Origin: Macrostomum lignano
Taxonomy: Eukaryota
Direction: 5' to 3'
Length of the DNA stretch: 24,675 nucleotides
Assembly: GCA_002269645.1 (NCBI GenBank)
Contig: NIVC01003863.1
Coordinates: forward strand, 1 to 24,675
Part shown: positions 20,886 to 24,675 of the stretch, piece after piece
Layout of the letters: every line of letters begins with the position of its first letter
How positions within the stretch are numbered: position 1 is the first letter of the stretch
Notes under the pieces: generated by a model
Told to the model about the DNA's origin: nothing
Seen by the model: the letters and a program-made list of their open reading frames with translations, nothing else
The model's database searches: none
Made by a program: the position numbers and the translations under genes

Positions 20886-21984
20886 TCAGTTGCGAGCGAG
20901 TCGCATCAAGGTGTCATCAGACTCTGGAAGCACAGCCACCACATTGCCGCCAATGCGAGCCCACAACGGATCAAAGTGCTCATTCTGAAGGCCGCTTGAC
21001 ACCCAAGTCTGACGCAACTGACGCTGCAAGCTCGTCTCGTCGACGACCTTCTCGCCTCCAGCGTCGCCCTCCACAGTCAGAACGTACAGAAACGGTCTGT
21101 GCGGAGCTTCGGTCGAGTCGGCAAGGCGATAGAAGATCAAAGAGGCCGGCCCGGTCAGCTGGTCAATTTGGCGAATAGCCAGACAGCTTCTCTTTGATGT
21201 CACCGCCTCGGTAGCTGCCGCGTCAATTGACTCGGTGGTGGCACTTTTGGAGCTGACATCGCTGCATTTAGCAGAATCACCAATTGACAACACAGCGCCG
21301 CAGTTGCAGTCATCAATGCCACTGGCCAGCAGACGAGACAGCCGGCCTAACAAGAAACTCAGCGTCAGATTTCCTTTATGATTGCTGTCATCTACGCCGC
21401 TGATAAAAAGCAGCAGCACAGACGGAGCGTCCACAGGCGGTGGCGAGCCGAACTGGCGGATCAGACAGGCGGAAATTGTCGGCCAGAGAAGTTCGGACTG
21501 GGCGGGAAACTCGGCAGCCAGTCTGCTCTGCACTGCCGATCGAATGCAAGATGGAGGACAGAAAGCAGGCAAGAAGCTGCCGCTGGTGCTGCTACTGCTA
21601 CTAATTTCATTAACCGGTTGGTCATAAATTTGAAGCCAGTAGAACGATAAAGGTAGGACAAACAATGCAATGATGAATAAACAATAATAAAACCAATTTG
21701 TCCATTCTTTGTCGCTGCTAAAATAAAGTAGCTCTGTTTGCACAGCTTTGTCAGCTAAGTTGTTAGCGGCAAGTATTACGGAACCAGATATAGACTCATG
21801 CGAATCGTTTGCATTGCTAGAGTCTGAGCTGATCAATCTAGGTTCAACAGCATCGTCTGAACAGAATCCATCATCTTTTTCTGCGGCGTTATCGCCGTCA
21901 ACAGATAATTCTTGCTGCTCTTTCAACTGCGACCTCGACTTTGGTGTCGATTTCTTTGATCTCGCCGCCACTGTTTCTGCCGCC
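20886..21984 (-). CDS. TOR1AIP-like: LAP1/LULL1-like protein, paralogue 4 (large exon; no in-frame Met before the TM)
   Basis: TM WFYYCLFIIALFVLPLSFYWL and luminal domain with PLWARIGG (Arg codon 20955-20957). ORF-track start is GTG and an in-frame stop lies at 22002-22004. Acceptor ttatcgtcctcag| at 21985 (phase 2). Confidence 0.82.
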
Positions 21985-22255
21985 CTGAGGACGATAAGCG
22001 CTTAGCGTTCCTCTTGAGCGGCTTTGGATGAAAGGTAAGTAGAAAGGCAAAAATAGTTTATCGCGCATCTTAATTAACCATAATCCCTCTAGATTACGTT
22101 AACCTCTTAAGTGAACTTAAAGCTCTTAAATAGAATCAAGCTGCAGTAAGGACTCACAGAATTCTGTGGTCAACGATTTGAAAGGCTGTTGAGCATAATT
22201 TCCTTAAAAAAACTATATATTACAATTGAGTTTAACTTTTTCCAGTCAGTCTGGG

Positions 22256-22707
22256 CCACAGATACTAAAAGTAACTAGATAGGCCACTCAGGCATATATA
22301 CTTAGTACAGCAGCTTTCTACTATCAGTTCAGTAGCAAAGAAGAATACAGAAGCTATTTTACAAATAAAGACAGCTTAAATCACTTTGATAAGTTTAGAA
22401 GCCCAAATCTTGCAGGCGTAAACAGCTTGCTAATTGGTTCAGCAATAATGTACATTAGCCAATCCACTGAAATGTACATGGCCGCTTTAGGCTGGAATTC
22501 CGAGAAAGGCAATAAAAATTGGGGTTGGGCGGAGCGGGGGGTAGTGTGGAAAGGCGCGGTTGGAGGGTTTAAGCTGGTGGTGGGGTGGGGGTAAGAGCCA
22601 ATGGCTTTAAAAATACATTAAAATGCTTGTTTAACTTACTACTGAACTAAAAGTAGCTTACACGCAAATGTGCTGAGTGGGCCATCTAGTTATTTTAGTA
22701 CCTGTGG
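22256..22707. mobile_element. MITE copy 2 (~450 bp), same orientation as copy 1
   Basis: TIRs CCACAGATACTAAAAGTAACTAGATAGGCCACTCAG ... CTGAGTGGGCCATCTAGTTATTTTAGTACCTGTGG; internal sequence colinear with 12009-12431. Confidence 0.85.
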
Positions 22708-23716
22708 TATCTGCATTGCTTTGCGATGATAAGAATGAAACCAAGGTTTAAAAAAGGAATATATAGTTTTGCCACTCTAGAATGGCTGCTTCTATGCTCA
22801 AACTAACTACAAAGGCTATAGTACTCGTAGCAGAAACTTCCTAACTGTACCTATAGACGCCTAGAACTACTTCTCTACTAAAGAATTCTAAATAAATAAC
22901 AAGATACTTCACCGAAAATTGCTTACAAAGCGGATGTTCGTGACTCGCGAGTTGAAATCATCAAATGTACAAATGGTTTTTATTAGCAATAAAAATGACC
23001 CAGATATGCGGCGGCCAACGGTTTCGTACATGTTTTTTTGCCTAACAATTTTGGCTATAATGATTATAATTTACAAATATAAATACAATATAACGATAAA
23101 AACAAATACACAACATTTTTTGTATACCCAATGTTGGCTTATGCAACAATACACTTGAATAGCACATTTAAGCAAATCATTTGCGCTCTCCCAAAAAATC
23201 TTTTGATTTCAAGGAATTGTAACGACGAATTTCATATATTTATAAATATACTTATGCCCTTGGTTGAGCAGTTTAGCTGTAACTACAGATACAGAAATCG
23301 AAACAGAAGGTGGACACAGACGACAGATCGAAATAAAATGATTTAATTTAAAGAAAACGAAAATGTACTTACTTGTAGAGTACACCACGTTCGCGGGGAA
23401 CGCAATAAAGATAGCAAGAATAAATAAACGAACAAGATAAATTAGCGACACACCGATATAACGCTAGTAGCTAGATAAACAGACAACAGACTAGAGAAAG
23501 GAGACATGACAGAGACAATAGATTGGGCAAAGCAGCAAGTCTTTGGTTGGAGATGTTAGAGACAACGAGACTCCCGGACATTGGACGGACAGACTGCAGA
23601 CTTTAGTAGAAGTATAGTACGGGGAGCTTCGTTTCTTAGATACTCTTTTAAAGACTGGCATAATTCCAACAACGTGAAATAGTCTATAAAAAGCAACTAT
23701 TTAAAAGCTGCCTATT

Positions 23717-24562
23717 TTAGCGCCTAACCTTTCCACCTGACGGTACTGGTCTAGTTAAACTCTGTCGCACAGCCGCTGAAGTCAATATGACGGCAGGGTC
23801 AACTACAACTGTCTGCTGTTGCTGCTGTTGCTGCTGCTCATTAACTAAACTGTGCCGCTGGTCGATGTCTTCTCGCTGATCTTTGTCAATATCTGCGGTG
23901 AATTCTTCATCCGAATCAGACTCCAACAGCATCTCCATACTGGATTTGATTCGACTGTACGGCCGCTTAGTACCTGCGATTGTTGCAGTGCTGTCGGCCT
24001 CTTGCTGAATACTGGCAAAGCCTAGGCCTCCTCTACTGCTGTTGTCATTAGCAACCAATAAGGCCACCCGGCGGAACTGCTGTTTCCTACGCTGGTCAGT
24101 ATTCGGCTTACTGTTAGTACCATTGCTAGTGACTGCCATCGCTGTTGCAGGCACCGTTGTCGATTTAGCTACCGCTGTAACAGTTGTAGAAGTTTTCAAC
24201 AATTTTGCTGCAGCCACTCGATTGTGACTACTACTACTACTAGTACTATTATTATGATCCAACTTTTGTAAGCCGAACGAATCAACGGAAGTTGAGGCCC
24301 AAGTGAAAGTTGAAGCGTAAGCAGACGGATTCAAACTGGCTACAGCCGATGGTAGAACAGACGCTGTTGATGACATAGCCGGCAGTGGATCCGGTATAGA
24401 TATTAAATCGTTGACAGGAGGCGATGCAGGAGCAGACGAGGGAGTAGCACTGCTCGTTGGCAGCTGGTGCACTTCCTGCTGCGTTGTGGTTGGCTCAGCT
24501 GCTACCTGCGGCGGAATGTCACGTGCTCGGGTCACTGCGACGGTCAGCGGCGCGAGCGCGAA
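23717..24562 (-). CDS. Low-complexity S/T/A/Q-rich ORF or exon of unknown gene (5' structure unresolved)
   Basis: ~280 open codons with trinucleotide runs, basic patches (RRKQQFRR, KRPYSR) and an acidic patch (ESDSDEE). No 5' ATG; in-frame TGA at 24563-24565. A different frame is open from the window end to ~24521. Confidence 0.45.
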   Translation of the reverse strand, partial: FALAPLTVAVTRARDIPPQVAAEPTTTQQEVHQLPTSSATPSSAPASPPVNDLISIPDPLPAMSSTASVLPSAVASLNPSAYASTFTWASTSVDSFGLQKLDHNNSTSSSSSHNRVAAAKLLKTSTTVTAVAKSTTVPATAMAVTSNGTNSKPNTDQRRKQQFRRVALLVANDNSSRGGLGFASIQQEADSTATIAGTKRPYSRIKSSMEMLLESDSDEEFTADIDKDQREDIDQRHSLVNEQQQQQQQQTVVVDPAVILTSAAVRQSLTRPVPSGGKVRR

Positions 24563-24675
24563 TCAGACGGCGAGTCTGCTGCTTAACTCCGGCTTTTTTT
24601 GCGCTGCTTTGTGAAGCAACAGTTGCTGCCCACATGTACAAGAGGAGCGGCTCGACTAGCCTCTTCATCCCAATC

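Noticed and set aside
12596-21971. Possibility that the four ORFs are torsin ATPases themselves
   Set aside because: No Walker A (GxxGxGK) or Walker B motifs; the type II TM layout and WxRI motif fit the activator family.
12706-22005. Plus-strand ORFs overlapping the TOR1AIP-like genes
   Set aside because: Antisense shadows of GC-rich coding sequence; they recur only because the sense genes are duplicated.
23209-23451. Signal-peptide-like ORF MSLIYLVRLFILAIFIAF
   Set aside because: Start is GTG, the hydrophobicity follows from a T-rich tract, and that frame (phase 1 at the 23372 donor) is incompatible with paralogue 4's acceptor.

Overview
Eukaryotic, repeat-rich invertebrate-like genomic DNA. 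The huge (GACA)n arrays, GC-rich Ala/Ser-run exons and AT-rich spacers are reminiscent of a free-living flatworm such as Macrostomum, but that is inference only. The left half (1-12 kb) is mostly satellites. It also holds a 1075-bp internally deleted hAT transposon (perfect 15-bp TIRs, 8-bp TSD) inserted in a GACA microsatellite, and one single-exon gene of unknown family (5149-5931). The right half holds a head-to-tail array of four minus-strand genes or terminal exons encoding LAP1/LULL1 (TOR1AIP)-like torsin activators: variable N-terminus, one TM helix, and a luminal domain ending in W-A-R-I (arginine finger). Two direct copies of a MITE bracket the array, and a LINE 3' fragment, a 43-bp minisatellite and a tRNA/CORE-like SINE lie between the genes. 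The activator core is homogenised at nucleotide level while the N-termini are unrelated. One tail carries all three ESCRT late-domain motif classes (PSAP, LYPDL, PPRY); another carries a ~400-aa EAEAKT repeat. Two copies lack an in-frame ATG near their splice acceptor. A low-complexity ORF closes the window. Family assignments come from recalled motifs, not database searches.
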